Origin: Camelus ferus | Lineage: Eukaryota | Length of the DNA stretch: 64,000 nucleotides | Reading direction: 5' to 3' | NCBI RefSeq assembly: GCF_009834535.1 | Contig: NC_045696.1 | Location: forward strand, 5,706,001-5,770,000 | Shown: in pieces, positions 11,440 through 27,127 of the stretch | Numbering within the stretch: position 1 is the first letter of the stretch | Layout: each line of letters begins with the position of its first letter | Made by a program: the position numbers and the translations under genes | The notes under the pieces: generated by a model | Told to the model about the DNA's origin: nothing | What the model saw: only the letters and a program-made list of their open reading frames with translations | Databases searched by the model: none

Positions 11440-13950
11440 GTGTTGACATATAATACTGACCCAAAGTCCATAGTTCACCAGTGTTTTCTTACACTTATAT
11501 TAGATGCTCTTGATGTTGTACATTCTATGGATTTGGACAAATGTACATAACATATATCCACCAGTATAGAATCATAGAGTAATTTTACTGCCCTAAAAAT
11601 TCTTCGTTCTGCCTTAATATCTCTCCCTTCCTGCTGCTGATCTTTTTGCTGTCTCCATGCATAGTTTTGCCTTTTCCAGAATTTAACCCTTTTTTAAAAA
11701 TTAGGAAATGCTCTCTCCCCTGTATAGTACTTCTTGTCTTAAAGGCTAACTTTGCCTCATGTTATTGTAGCCACCCTGCTTTTTTTTGATTAATGATGGC
11801 ATAGTATGTCTTTTTTATCCTTTTACTTTTTAGTCTTCCTGTGGTCTCATTTTTAAAATGTGCCTTCTGAAACAGAATGCAGATTTATTATTCAGTCTTT
11901 CAGTTAAGAGTGTTTAAACCATTTGTATTTAATGTAATTACTTAAATGTAATTGTGTCAGGTCGGCCAGGTCTGTTTTGTATGTCCTATTTGTTTCTTCT
12001 CTCACTTTCTTTTGGATTAATCACTGTTATTCTATTTATTTTTTATTGCTTTTCCATTATATATCCTTTTATTCTTTTAGTGGTTACTGTAGAGATGTGT
12101 TACCATTTACTTTACGTACTTTACCACTTCTCTTAAATGAAGTTAAAACTGTTCATTATCACCTTCATGTCCTTAAGGGCTGTTACCATATTTGACTTTT
12201 ACATTTGTTACAAGCTTTTCCAGGTGTTATTGCAGTTGTTTTAAAGTCAATATTCATTTCTTACCTATCCGTATACCTTTTCTGATATTTGTAATTCCTT
12301 CCTTTCTTTCCATGCCTCTTACTTGTGATTTATTTATTTATTTTCAGTCTCTGCAACTTATTTTGGTATTTCTTTTAATGAAAGTTTGTTGGCAGTGACT
12401 TCAGTTTTCCTTTTTCTTTCTTTCCCTTTTGGTTTGAAAACATCTTTGTTTTGTTTTTATTTTTAAAGATTTTTTTTTTTAGCTGTGAAATTCTGGTTGG
12501 TTGGTTGGTTTTTATTTATTTATTTTCTTTCAGCACATTGATATTGAAAACCCAGCAGTCTTACTACTTTTCTTTTCAAGATGATGTTTTTCCTTTTGGC
12601 TGCTTTTTAACATTTTCATTTTGTCTTTAATTTTCAGAAGTTTTACTGTGATACACTGTAGTCATTACCTATTGCTGCATAACAGATTATCCCAAAACTT
12701 TGTAAGTTAAAAGAACTCAGATTTATTATTGTCTCACAGTTTCTTTAAGTCAGGAGTCCAGGCACAGCTGAGCTGTGTTCTCCATCTCAGTCTCAAGGCT
12801 GTAATCAAAGTGTTGGCCAGAGCTGAGGTTTCAACTAAAGGCTTGGCTATGGAAGGATCTCCTTCCAAGTTCGCGTGGTTTTTGGAGGGCTTGAGTTCCT
12901 GGGGTGGGTTGTTGGACTGAGAGCCTCAGTTCATACCAGTTGGCTGCCCTCAGCTCCTTGTCTCGTTTATCTCTCCAACATGGAAGCTTGTGTCATTGAA
13001 AGATGGAAGCTAACAAGGCAATAGTCTGCTTGCAAGACAGAAGTCACAATCTTTTGTAACCTAATAATAGATGTGTTGCTCGATGTTAGGGCATTCTGTT
13101 GTTTGGAAGTAACTTACTCAGTGAGAGGGAATTCCCTGAATCTGTGAATACTGGAGGGTGGGGTTATCGGGGCTCATGTCCGGGGCTCCTACCAGATGTA
13201 CCTAGGTAGATTCTTTGCCTTTACTTTGCTTGGGATTCTCTGAGCTTCTTGAATCTAGAATATCAAGTAGTCTAACATATATAAAGTCCCATATGGAAAA
13301 GATGGAAGAATGGGGCAGATTAATGTTTTGAAGAGATAATGACTGAGCATTTTTCAACATCTGGGCCATCTCTGGGTCTGCTTCTGTTAGCCACTCCCTC
13401 TCTTGACCCAGGGTCACATTTTGCTTTGTTGTGTATCTCATCATCTTTTTGTGTTAAAAGAGGAGAAGCTGATGTATAGTCACAAAGGATGTGCTCTTTT
13501 TTTTCTCTCAAAGCTGTTGGTGTGTGTAGTTGGGTCAGTCTGATTTGTATCTGCTCATCTCTGCCCTTTATTGCAGCTTTAGTTGTGTTCATCTCATAAC
13601 TGTCTTCACATGTTTTCAGGGTGGGATCAATACTTTCTTCCAGCAGTTTGGAATTTGGGCCCTGGGAGAGATTCTTGAGTTGCCTGTCCTTTATAACTGA
13701 GTTGCCAGCTTTCCAAACTTTGTAAGATCTTCCTCTGCTTTATAGTCCAGCTGCCTACTTTTTGGTTACTGAAGAGTTCTCTTTGTTCTCCACTCCTACG
13801 TTGGCTTTTTACCCTGTTGTCCTGTCTGTAGCCTTAGGGGGTTCTCCAGCTGCTCAGCGCCCGGGTTTTGGCCCTGTGCAGCTGGCGAAGGCCTACGGAA
13901 AGGAGTGGAGCGGGTATGGACTTACTCTGACAGAGGCTCCTTAGCGTTCT
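11440..13950 (-). mobile_element. Old antisense L1 fragments interrupted by a MaLR LTR
   Basis: T-rich antisense L1 3' end and internal remnants. Confidence 0.6.
12657..13195. mobile_element. MLT1 (MaLR) solo LTR
   Basis: tgtagtc...tattgctgcataaca...tctcacagtttct...ctacca, MLT1E/F-like. Confidence 0.75.
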
Positions 13951-13965
13951 AATCAGTCATGCCAG

Positions 13966-14236
13966 TTTGGGGACAGCTCAGTGATAGAGCGCGTGCTTAG
14001 CATGCACGAGGTCCTGGGTTCAATCCCCAGTGCCTCCATAAAAATAAGTAGATAAATAAATGTAGTTACTTCCCTCCCAAACAAAACAAATAAAAACAAA
14101 AATATTTGTGGGGGGAGGGTGTAGCGCAGTGGTAGAGCAAGTGGCTAGCATGCATGAGGTCCTGCATTCAATCTCCAGTACTTCCATTAAAATAAATAAT
14201 TAAATAAATAAACCTAATTACCTAGCCCTCCCCCCT
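13966..14236 (+). mobile_element. Tandem dimer of Vic-1-type SINEs
   Basis: Two head-to-tail tRNA-like monomers (about 13969-14100 and 14110-14236) between copies of TAATCAGTCATGCCAG. Confidence 0.9.
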
Positions 14237-16544
14237 TAATCAGTCATGCCAGCCCACAGGAGGCTGTTGAAAAGTTTGGTAGATTTTTTCTTCTGTGTCA
14301 TTTCTTCCTGTGTCTTTCCTAGGGATGAAAGCAACTGTTTCTTTTCTGTTCACAGAAGGTCTCCTCAGTTTGTGGTGTGTAGTTAATTTAGATTTTATTT
14401 CTCAGCTCTGTGAAGGGGGTAAAAGTTACTTTTAAGCTAATCCAGCTTGTTTTCATTTTTAAGGTGAGACCAATAGTTTCTCACATTTATCCTCTTTTAA
14501 ATAGTTGGAATAAATGATTGCTTTGAACTTTTAAAAATTATGTGGGGCATATAACCATCTGTAATTATCTGTAGGTATGCCTAATTATACTTCCTAGCAC
14601 ATAGTAGGCTCTCAGTATTTATTCAAAGAATTAATATTGTTTAATCCTTAGTATATTTTCTTTCTGAGAACCCATCAAACAATTTGGTTATTAAATAATG
14701 TCTCATCTTTGATTTCTTAAAATCTCTAAGATGTGTAGTTTGTAGGTCAGAGCAGTGTTTTAACACTGAATGGTCATGAGATACATTGAAGTTACACATT
14801 CCTTTTTTTTTTTTTTTGGTTCCTTAATCCATTTCATTAGGAACTTGCAAAATAGAATCTTTCAGTGATTATTTACTATCTTTCATTTTTTTATGTAGAA
14901 ATGGGAAAGTTGCTTTTTGAACATAGAACTTTTGTGTTAAAATTATGTAATAAGTCTAACAATGCAGGGTGAATTATGCACTCAGTATTACTTTAGAATT
15001 TGACTTTCATTTTAGTATTTGTAATGGAGTAGGTGAAAGATTTGGATGTGAGAATTGAACTGCTTAGAAAAAATTTCTCTATGTTGATTTTAATCAGTGT
15101 GCATATATTTGGCATTAAAAAATGTTTGGAGGCCATCCTGGCTCTAAAATTCTTGTGATACTCCTGGATTATTTCCTTACATGCTGTTTTTATTAAGATG
15201 CAGCATAGCTGATGACAGTGATCTGGTGATAGAGAGTTGCAAAACCAGACAGTCTGGATTTGTATTTTTAGCTCTGCTGTTTTAGCTTTTTAATGCCTGT
15301 GACTGTTTTCTCATCTGTGAAAATGAGGAGAAATAGTTTGGAGGTGTAGTAAGTTAGTGCATATAAAGTTCTTAGGACAGTGTCAGATAGTAATCACTGT
15401 ATTAAGTTTTAACTATTATTAATGTGATAAGGAACTAATTTTAATCAAAACCTTAAAATAGTTAGAAAGTGTACCTTGTACATTGCAAGTGTTTAGTATT
15501 ACCTAGCATTTGTTATTTTTGTGACTTGGTTATGACTTGTTAGATGTAGAACTAGAACTGTTAATCACATCCTTGTGGGTCAGGATAGTCCCCTAACCCC
15601 TTTATTCTGGTATCTATTAGTTAAATTATTGGTGTATCTGAAACTGGATTCTAAATTGAGAGACCTTTGGCTTGAGAAAGACCTTGTATTAGAGCCTCAA
15701 TTTAAAGCCTTAAAATTTGCCCTTATTTTTGTTAATGTTTGAAGATGTTGATAGTGGTGTTTGTATCAGGGTGTAACAAGTGATATGTAGTTAGTTCATT
15801 AGTTTTTTCAATGTGAACTGTGACTAAAAATTGTCCTAATGCTAAATAAAAATTTCTTATGTTTGTTGTAGAATATGTAGAAGTGCAAAAGCAAAGAGAA
15901 AGTGAAAAAATTACTAAAATGAGTGTTTATTTTTCTTTATGCATATATGCTAACAAAAATAAACTAAAAAATTATGTTGTGAATTCCTTTTCCATTTCTC
16001 TGGAACATTTTATCTAACCATTTGCTTCTTGGACATTTGGTTGGTTTCCAGTTTTTTTCTATTAGTGATTCAATGAATATCAAAATAAGATGTCTGTATC
16101 TATGCATTCATTTGTAGTTTATATAATTGTTACTTATAATTAGAAACTTAATCATTAGGTAAAATGGTTTACATGTTTTTAATGTTTATTGTAAATTTGC
16201 TTTCCTTATGCCACTTCCTGTTTAAACCCCTGACTACCATATGTGAGAATATACTGATTTCATAGCCAGATAACCTTTTAAGTTTTTACCAATCTGATGG
16301 ATAAAATAGTATCAGTGCTAAGTTTTTTTTTTTTTTTTTTTGGCCAAGTACTGCACAAAAATTAACAGCATTAACCTATGTAATCTCTTTTAATTTTCTT
16401 AGCAACACTATTACCTTGTATGTATCATGATTTCCTGTTTGAAATGAAACTAGAAGAGACAAGTAACTTGGATAAAGTTATACTCATAAGGGGCAGGTCC
16501 AGGCTGTAAGCCCCATTTTGTGTTGGATTCACTAATGGGTGATG

Positions 16545-16830
16545 CATTTATTCAGTAAATGAATGTTTACCGTGTTCAGAGTTCTAGGGATACCAGTGTG
16601 GATGAGATGGACAAGGCTCCTGCTTTCATGGAATTTAGGCCTAAGGGATGAAGCTGTTTGGAAGCAGCTGACACGTTACTCATACAAATTCAGATGGGTG
16701 ATGAGGATTGGGAAGGGAGGGTGAAAGGAGGTACCAGGTATTTCGGATGGGTGGTGAGGGTTTTGTTGACAGGGTAGCATTTGACCTGCATGATGAAAAG
16801 GGGACAGCCATGTGAAGACCAGAGGAAAGG
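16545..16830. mobile_element. L2 3' fragment
   Basis: ttattcagtaaat...ctagggataccagtg...gacaaggctcctgctttcatgga, L2-like. Confidence 0.6.
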
Positions 16831-18044
16831 GTGGTCACCATCAGCCTTAACAACCCGCTTAACCTCTGACCCACTCTGACCCAGCAGTTATGTGCCTAGG
16901 ACTGTTTTTTAAGGGAGTAAGTTTATTAGCTGTTGATAATTCAACTTTTCTGAACTGCCTTTTTTATATCTTTTGCCTGCTTTTCTGCTGCTGTCTTACT
17001 GTTTTGTAAGAATTCTCTATGTATTTAGGTTATTCTTTAATCTGTCACATGTTCTAAATTCCTTTTTCCAGTTTGCAGGGAGCCTTTTAGCTTTCTTTGG
17101 AGGTTGTTTAGAGGTTTAAGATTTTTAATTTTGTTACATCTGTTAATCTTTATTTTGCCTTTATGGTTTGTCCTTAAAATCTTTCTGTACTAGAAAGTTA
17201 TGAAGGCAGTATTATGTTCCTATTCGTTTAAATTTTTTCTAGGCCATTTGTAATTTCTTTTTTACTGTCTTTATGTAGAGTTTATTTTAGCATTTGGCCG
17301 GTGTGACATATGGATCTAACCTTTTCCAGATTGTCAATTTGCACGCACCATCTGCGTCATCTCCTTACCAGAGAATGCAGTCATTATCATTTCCTAAATT
17401 CTTTCTGACTTTCCTCTGTGGATTTTTTCTGTGCTATTTTAATGATTGAACTTTTATAATATAGTTTATTACTTAATAAAATTGTTCTTTCAAATTCCCT
17501 TTTTAAAAAAAAATCAGCGTTTTAGCTGTGGTCATTAAATACAATGTTGTACTTTAAGCTGTTAAGGAATTAGGAAGGAATTTGTTCTGAACTATACCTT
17601 AAACAGTAGCTGTGTAGCTATGGGTGCTTTCTTACTTTTTATTTCCTATTCATTTGGGAAATAATATTTCTGTTCTGAATACTTAATTGCATTTACTTAA
17701 GTATTTCAGACATTTCAGGACTCAGCAGCTGAACCTAGAATCTCCATCAAGTACATTTCTTTTATTTGATTCTATAAACTCTTGATTTGTGTTTGTATTG
17801 CATGTTATGAATTTGTTTTAAAGACATAGCTAAAATGAATAGGTTTTATTTCTTTTGGTCATTTGGAATATGACAAACTTCTGGGTGAAAAAATGAACTA
17901 AGTCTGGCTAGGAGATGTTTTGCATTAATGTTGATATCTGTGGTCTTTACTATGTTCATGTGGCTGAAATTGTTATTTGACCAAGAACTTTATTATTTCA
18001 TATCTTCTGTATGCTGAAGCATGTTTAAAATACATGTGTTTTAC

Positions 18045-18127
18045 TACGTTGATTGCCACGTCACCCAAATTTGGGTGACAGTTGTGTTTCCTCAGGGGCA
18101 CCCAGTCCACAGTGGCCGATCAACGTG
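18045..18127. mobile_element. Short TIR-bounded DNA-transposon relic with internal palindrome
   Basis: ACGTTGATTGCCAC / GTGGCCGATCAACGT inverted ends, TTAA on right flank. Confidence 0.55.
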
Positions 18128-19024
18128 TTAAAGTGTGCCTGTCTCTTCTGTTTTAATACATCTTGTGAAACTATTTTTTAAAATGAAGTTTGACTTTTTT
18201 GAGAATATTTCTTAATTAAGTTCTATGTAGGAGCCAGACTTTAATTAGTCCTTGCACATTTTGATCATATTCTGCTTAGAAAATTCTGCTGTTTTGATTT
18301 GATACAAGGAAAATCTCAAGATGAGTGTTTTCTTTTCAAAAGTCAGCTGATTTATGGATAAAGTCCCAGAGAATTTTGCATTCTGTGTTTTATCTTTTTC
18401 AGATGATCTGATGGTAGGTCTAGAAACAGCAGGAGAACTCCCTATCTAGAATATCAAAAATCTTAAGTTTTTTTTGTCTTCTTGAATAGTTTGTAATTTG
18501 GAAAGGCTTATATCGTCTAGAAAGAAGGGGCCATTGTTTTGCTAAAGGAGGAAGAAAATGAAATTAGCAGATTGCATAGGAAGGCTAACTAAGAATACGT
18601 CCCATTTAACATTGGAGTCAGCATTGATAGCATTTTCCAGGCAAGCCTCGTTTTATTGAGATGGTTGGTGGGTGACTTTGCTATAGATACTCACGTTGGT
18701 GGTCATGCTGTTACGGTTTGTAAGGTTGTGTAGCACATGAAAAGAGGCTTATAGAATACTTTATTTGCTTAGAAGGAGTGGCTTAAGTAATAATAAAGAT
18801 ATATAATGATGTTTTACAAGTCTGTAGATGGAATTGATGCAGTGATTTAATGGTGTCATTAATGAATGTCTTTATATTTGGGTGGCCTTGACATTTTGGC
18901 TTTTTTCCCCTCAGACTCTTAGTTTTACTGTTGCTAAATGATTCTTGCAGTTCTTGCCATCATATCCTAGAAATGATGGGAGGGAAGGATTCTTTTTTCC
19001 TGTGACTATTTTACTTTGTTACTT

Positions 19025-19172
19025 TTTTGTTTTTGTTGTTGTTAAATTTTTTGTGTGCGGATGGTAATTAGGTTTATTTATTTATTTATTTTTAATGAAG
19101 GCAGTGGGGATTGAACCCAGGACCTTGTACATTCAAGGCACGTGGCCTACCATTGAGCTATACGACTCCCCT
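19025..19172 (-). mobile_element. Vic-1-type SINE
   Basis: ggtaattaggtttattt...ggggattgaacccaggacc...ttgagctatac. Confidence 0.85.
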
Positions 19173-21341
19173 GCCCTCTGCCCCCATGACTGTTTCATTA
19201 GAACTTTCCCAGGAACATTGCCCCTGCCTCAGGAGATTTCTTCTCTGTCATTGGCCAGAACTAGATCACATGGCCTCCTAGTTTATGAAAGAATCTGGAA
19301 AAGTAAGCTAGTGTTAAAGTAGGGAGGTAGTGGCTGTTGGGTAAGCAAGCAGTCACTGCTCTGGGAAGCTAAAAATAGTTAACTTTTTTGAATTAAAATG
19401 CATTTAAATGCTTTTTAACACCAACACTAGAACATTTCTCTGTCTAGGTTCTTTCGTGTATACTAAGTGTTAAGCTCTTTTTTCCTCTTATTTCTTTGGG
19501 ACTATTTATCCTGCCAGTGACTACGAAACCTGTACTTCTTTACAGAGCTTAGAAAAGAGGCCAAGAACATCTGTCTCATCAGAGCTGAGGGGAGTTACTT
19601 AAGCAAAGAAGACACTAAATTTTTTATTTTGTATAAAAGGCAGTGATCTCTGTCCCTTCCTTGTGTTTTATTGTTATATGGTACCTTTCAATGTTATAGG
19701 AATTACGGTATAATAGTTTACTTATACATTTTCCATTGCAGGATTTCTAGATATAGTTTAAAATAATTTGAGGGGAAGCTGAAGGTCAGACAGGTGCATA
19801 TTAAAGGTATTAAATATTCCTCCTGGATCCTAATTAGATTACAGCATCTCTTTACAGAAAAAGCTACTTTTTTCCTGTAACTTTCCAATTAGTCAGCTTA
19901 TCTAGACCCTACTACCACTCTTTGTAACTGCTTCCCTGGGCTTGAAGGGGCTTGTGCTCACAGCAGTATTTGGCAATAGTGATATTAATACAAGTGATCC
20001 TAGAATTGTGGCTGATAAACTTTCTGAGAGTGAACCTGGTTACAAAGAACAGGATGGCAGGGAAACTGGATATTTGACAATTGGAGGAATTTAGTTTCTT
20101 GCCTGATTCTTGGAGACCTTGAGTAACTGTGGCTTACTCATTGAAGTTGCTGGTAGATACTGTTACTAACGTTCATATCTAGGACTTGAGAATACTGAAG
20201 GAAAATTATCTATTGATTTTATCAATATGGTATTTTTACTAATCCAAGACCATTTTCTTTGTTGACTATTTTGCTGTTGTTTATATTGGGACTAGAACTG
20301 TATTATTTTTTCAGATAAACCTCATTTTATACAAAAATAGGATAATTTCCCCCATCTTTGATTATGTTACGTTATCATTTATTTGATTATGTTGGAATCC
20401 TCAGGAAAAACGCAAAGAAACTGTAATTCTCCTTATGGGAATTACAGCTGCTGTATGGAGTCCATGTTCCTATAATACCTGGACTTTATCTAGATGTACT
20501 TGCCTATGTTGAGCCTTCCTATTATTTTAATGATCAGCTTTATTGCTTCTTCAATCCAGGCAGTGAGTAAAATCTCCCTATTTGTAAAGCTCTTCTTCTG
20601 TATTGTTTAAGAGATAAAATAAGATGTCTAGCACTAGGAAGCAATCTGTTTAAAGTTTTCTATCCATACCTTTTCTATCTGGAGAATTTCTTTTTATCTG
20701 TATCTTTCATCGCTGATCTTCAAAAACAAGTCTCTATCCTCAGATAGGGTTGGTTGTGTAACCTCAAAACTTAGTTATGTAAGAAGTTCTCTAACCAACT
20801 GAATAGTGAAAATCTCAAAGAAAACAGTTAGAATGATTTTCCACTTTACAGAAGCTATGTTACCATTGCCCAAAGTCATTTTATCTTAAATATTTAATCC
20901 TTTTAGATATGTTGTTTAAATCAGTCAGTGCAGTTACTTTTCTGTGTTTTTTGTTTTCTTATTTGTAATACTGATAAGTTCTTAGATCTGATTTTCTTGG
21001 TCCTTTTGGAATTACCTTTTAGTTCTTCCTATCTCCCTCTCCTCTCCTACGATGAGCTAATTATCTTCAACAGCTTTTGGACTTTCACATATTGACACTT
21101 TGAAGCGCAGAGTGTGGATGAATATTAAATACTTTTTTGAGGTCTGTCTGAGCTTTGATGTATCTTTTGAGTTTTGCCTTGCAATATCTGTCACGGTGGG
21201 AAATGTGAGTCAGGTTGGAAAGTTGAAGATGTCACCAGGGCTTATGAACAAAATTTATATTGAATCCAGGTTTATTTTACATTTGAATTCATGATTCAGA
21301 ACCAAAATTGAGGTCTAGAACTCTGTTTCAAATTTCTTTGG

Positions 21342-21528
21342 AGCAGTGTATCTCAAGGAGTTTGAAAATGTGTGGGGCACTGTTGGTGTTGGAGTGGCTT
21401 GGGGAATGTTATTGGCATTAATGGAAGGGAGCCAGAGATACTCGATGTCCTGGAAGTGGGGACAGTCCTGTACTGTGATATTTTATCAGAGCTTCCTCAT
21501 GCTGGTAGCATCATGATTGAGAAACCCT
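21342..21528. mobile_element. MER20-like hAT relic
   Basis: cagtgtatctcaa...ttgagaaaccct termini and internal MER20-like sequence. Confidence 0.55.
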
Positions 21529-21624
21529 AGGGATGAAGCATAAAAGTTTATGCCAAATACGTTCATATCAGGTAACATTAGGCATATTCATGAGTTAAAT
21601 TGAACAGTATCCTTTGTGTTCTTG

Positions 21625-23152
<1,528 letters not shown>

Positions 23153-24799
23153 TGAAGAAGTGTTCTGCTTTGTATTCCTAGCTTAATAATTATTATAATT
23201 GTGAAGTAATGTAAGCTTTGTGGAAGAAAGGTGATATGTAACTAAAAACCATGCTGTGGACTATAAAATTCTCTGCATTTAGCATAGACATTGAATTTTA
23301 TTATATCAGTGTTTAATGGGTCCTTCTGCATTTAAAAAAATGATAAAGGTATAGATGTTAAGCTTAAAAGCTTGAATTTATTCTAAGATGTGTTTGAGGT
23401 TTTATCATTGTGAGTTCTTAATTTTCCATTTTGTAGCTCACTTATAACTTCATTGAATGTAATTGTATGTGTCTAATAAACTCTTCAAATGCTAGAAGTA
23501 TTTCATTTGATATTTAGATTCTGCAAGCCTTTTGTTAAAAGGGACGTGATTTTCTAAATTTGGTAGCAGTTTGAAAATGAGCACCAAAAATGTACAATTG
23601 CATGGTTCTTTTTTCACCAGTTTAATTTTTTTGTGGAATTAATGTGGTAGCAAAATGTTTGGAATTGCTGTTCTTTTTCTGTTAGCTTGGTATAAATCAC
23701 TTAGACTAAGTACCTGTATGTGATGTGATCTATGTATACAACATGGCTTAACTGCTAATGGGCGAGAATGTTGGCTCTTCTGATCCTGGGCGTACGTCAA
23801 GTTCATCCCTCATGATTGCTTTTAAGATCTGTCGCTGATGTGATGCTGCCTCTTAGATGCACCACCAGTGTAAAGCTTGACTGAGAAAGAACAACCCTCC
23901 CTCTTGGTTCCGTGCCAGACTGGCTTGTCAGCTTCAGTTGTTTCATAGTGCTCCGTGGTCATGCCACACTGTGGCTTGCGTCAGGAAACTGGTCATATTC
24001 TTCCTCTTTCTGTGTTCCTATTCAACTTGTAATTATTCTGTTTTAGGTTGTTATATAGTAGTTGCCTGGGTAGCCTGTTTTCCTCTGTTTTCTTTACTTG
24101 TGTCAAGCTCAATGTCGTTTTGTGATGAGCTCTGCTTTAGAACTGGCAGACGTTAGAAGAGACTTCAGCAAGCTGTCCTAGGGTAGGGACCGTATTTCTG
24201 TTTTGTACTAGTGACATGAGAGGATGCCTTGTAACTGCTCTTTGATAATGATAGTGGTAATGAATTCATTCATGTAAAACATGATATGCCTGTTAGTTTG
24301 GGGCACCCGAGGCTCAGTAGAGGTTTATATGATGCCTTTCTTCCCTTCCTCTTTCAGTGGTGAAGAAGCTGATTTCTAGCACAGCACAATCTGTGTTCTG
24401 CCGCTCTCTCCTATAGAGGGGGTAGACATTTTTCTTAGTGTATTTGGTGGTAGATCAAAGAGGGATGGGACTTCAGACTTAGTGTTCAGACTCACAGATC
24501 CTGTTGTGTATGCTCTTGTGTAAAGGATTATCTGTGATCCTGAAACAAGAGGAAAGCTGTTTAATTTTGTCAGTACTTTCTAAGGAGATTAAAGTCTTGG
24601 TAATATTGGCCAACATTAATTTTAAAACTCAGCACCATTTAAACAAGTTGATTAAGTCAAGGATTTTCATATAAATCAAACTAAAATTTTCCTTACAAAA
24701 ATTTCCGTATTTGGAAAGTTGGATCAGTTGTGATTAAGACCTTTATCATTAATGATTGTATAGTATAGTTCTGTGATGAAAAATAAAAACTTATTTGGC

Positions 24800-25020
24800 A
24801 TTGAGTGGGAGTCAAAAGATCTGGTTTTATGGCCCATCTTGGCTAATCATTTGCAGTGGATCTCTTTGAAGGTCCTGGAACCTTTGAGCCTCAGTTACCT
24901 CACTTGTAAATTGGCGATAATACCTACCTCACAGGGTTGTTGTGAGGATTCAATGAGATAATGTATGTGGAAAGCACTTTGTACATTGTAAAGTGCTGCA
25001 CAAATGTTAGTTGTTGTTGT
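24800..25020. mobile_element. MIR SINE, well preserved core
   Basis: gagcctcagtt...tgtaaa...gataatacctacctcacagggttgttgtgaggatt. Confidence 0.85.
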
Positions 25021-25121
25021 TGTATCCAAGATGTCTTACATTTTTTTTTCCTTCAGAAATAGTCTAATAAACCTCTAGGGCTTTTCTGTTAAAGTATATT
25101 AGTTGGTAAACCTTTGAATAA

Positions 25122-25316
<195 letters not shown>

Positions 25317-25614
25317 TGAGCTTGGCTTTTCAGATGCACAAAACCATTTTTTAAATTTCTTGACCAACTTTGTACCTGCTGTATTAAAACTTGAAATACT
25401 GGTAATGTTTCAAATGTATTATTTTCCTAAAGATATTACTAAAAGTAATAAAAGCTAATAAAAAACAGACTGTTTTTTAGGGCAGACTGTCTTATTTTAA
25501 TAAGCCTGTACTAGTGCTTATAAGAGAACAGAATTGGGAGGAAACTTCATCTTAAGGATTTCTCTAACATTGGTTTTTGTGACCCTCTAGAAATTGTTTT
25601 GGAGTTTTTCTTAG

Positions 25615-25833
<219 letters not shown>

Positions 25834-25869
25834 TAACATTTTAAACTCAATTTGGTATCATCTGGAGCA

Positions 25870-26050
25870 CTCTAGTGTGCTTCAGAGTTATCTAGGAAAC
25901 CTTAAAAATATGTAGATTCTATGTTTCCCATCCTCAGGAACTTGGACTCAGTAGGTCTGGTGTGGGACCCATGAATTTGCATTTTTATTAAGTATCACAA
26001 GTGATTCAGATGCAGATAACCAGGCCATGTATGTTGTTTGTGAGACATTG
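25870..26050. mobile_element. MER5-like relic
   Basis: gactcagtaggtctggtgtgggacccatgaatttgcatttt...gtgattcagatgcag. Confidence 0.6.
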
Positions 26051-26899
26051 ATTTAGAGTAGTGGTTCTTGAGCACCATCATCAAGGATGCTTAAAAATAT
26101 GCATCCCTAATACTTCTCCAGCCCATTCTAGACCTACTAAATTAGGCTATAGTGTGTATTAACCAAAAACAAACCAAAAAACTCGCCTACAAAAATCCAG
26201 ATCTCTACAGGTGATTTATATTCACATTGATTACTCGTGATCTAGGGAAACTGATTGCTTTAACACTGAAAGATTATTTTATCTGTAACTATATGTAAAT
26301 ATTTGGAATTTAATTTACCATTTTACTGTCTTAAGGGAAGATTAGGATGGGTAAGAAGTTAAAATTTCATTTTTCAGTTGTCGAGATTCAGAGTAGATAC
26401 TCAAATATTTGCTGAATGGATGGATGCTGGGTGGTACTATTAAATTTGAGACTTTGTTGTTTAGTTATTTTAAATGAAGGTGCTAGTTCCATTGCTTTTT
26501 GTTTTTGGGATTGCTGGTTACTCAACCCGTGAAACACAGATCTTTCCTAATACTCATCACGTTAATTTGATGTGAGCTAAATGGACATTTAACCATTGTT
26601 AGTTGAAATAGGTGGACTTTTATTTGGACTTAATACATGTCAGAGAATTTTGGGAAAATAGTATTTATAATGGGCCTAAACCGTAGAAATAAAAACTTCA
26701 ATGAATCTTTATTATTTGATTTGAAGAAAAAACTTATAAGTATTGTTGGCTGTGAGATTCACAATTTATAAAGTATTCTATGATTGAAAAGGGAGGAGGA
26801 ATTATAAACACTTAATGTGAGTGACATGTAAATCATATTCTTTAAAATGATATAAAAGACTTGCTGTATTAACATTTATTTTTGGATTTATATTCTTAG

Positions 26900-27127
<228 letters not shown>

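Noticed and set aside
13969..14040. tRNA-like sequences as true tRNA genes
   Set aside because: They carry SINE bodies, A-rich tails and TSDs and occur as diverged dispersed copies, so they are tRNA-derived SINEs
21607..21615. Perfect U12 donor motif GTATCCTTT in intron 4
   Set aside because: No supportable upstream exon and no U12 branch site before exon 5; likely chance
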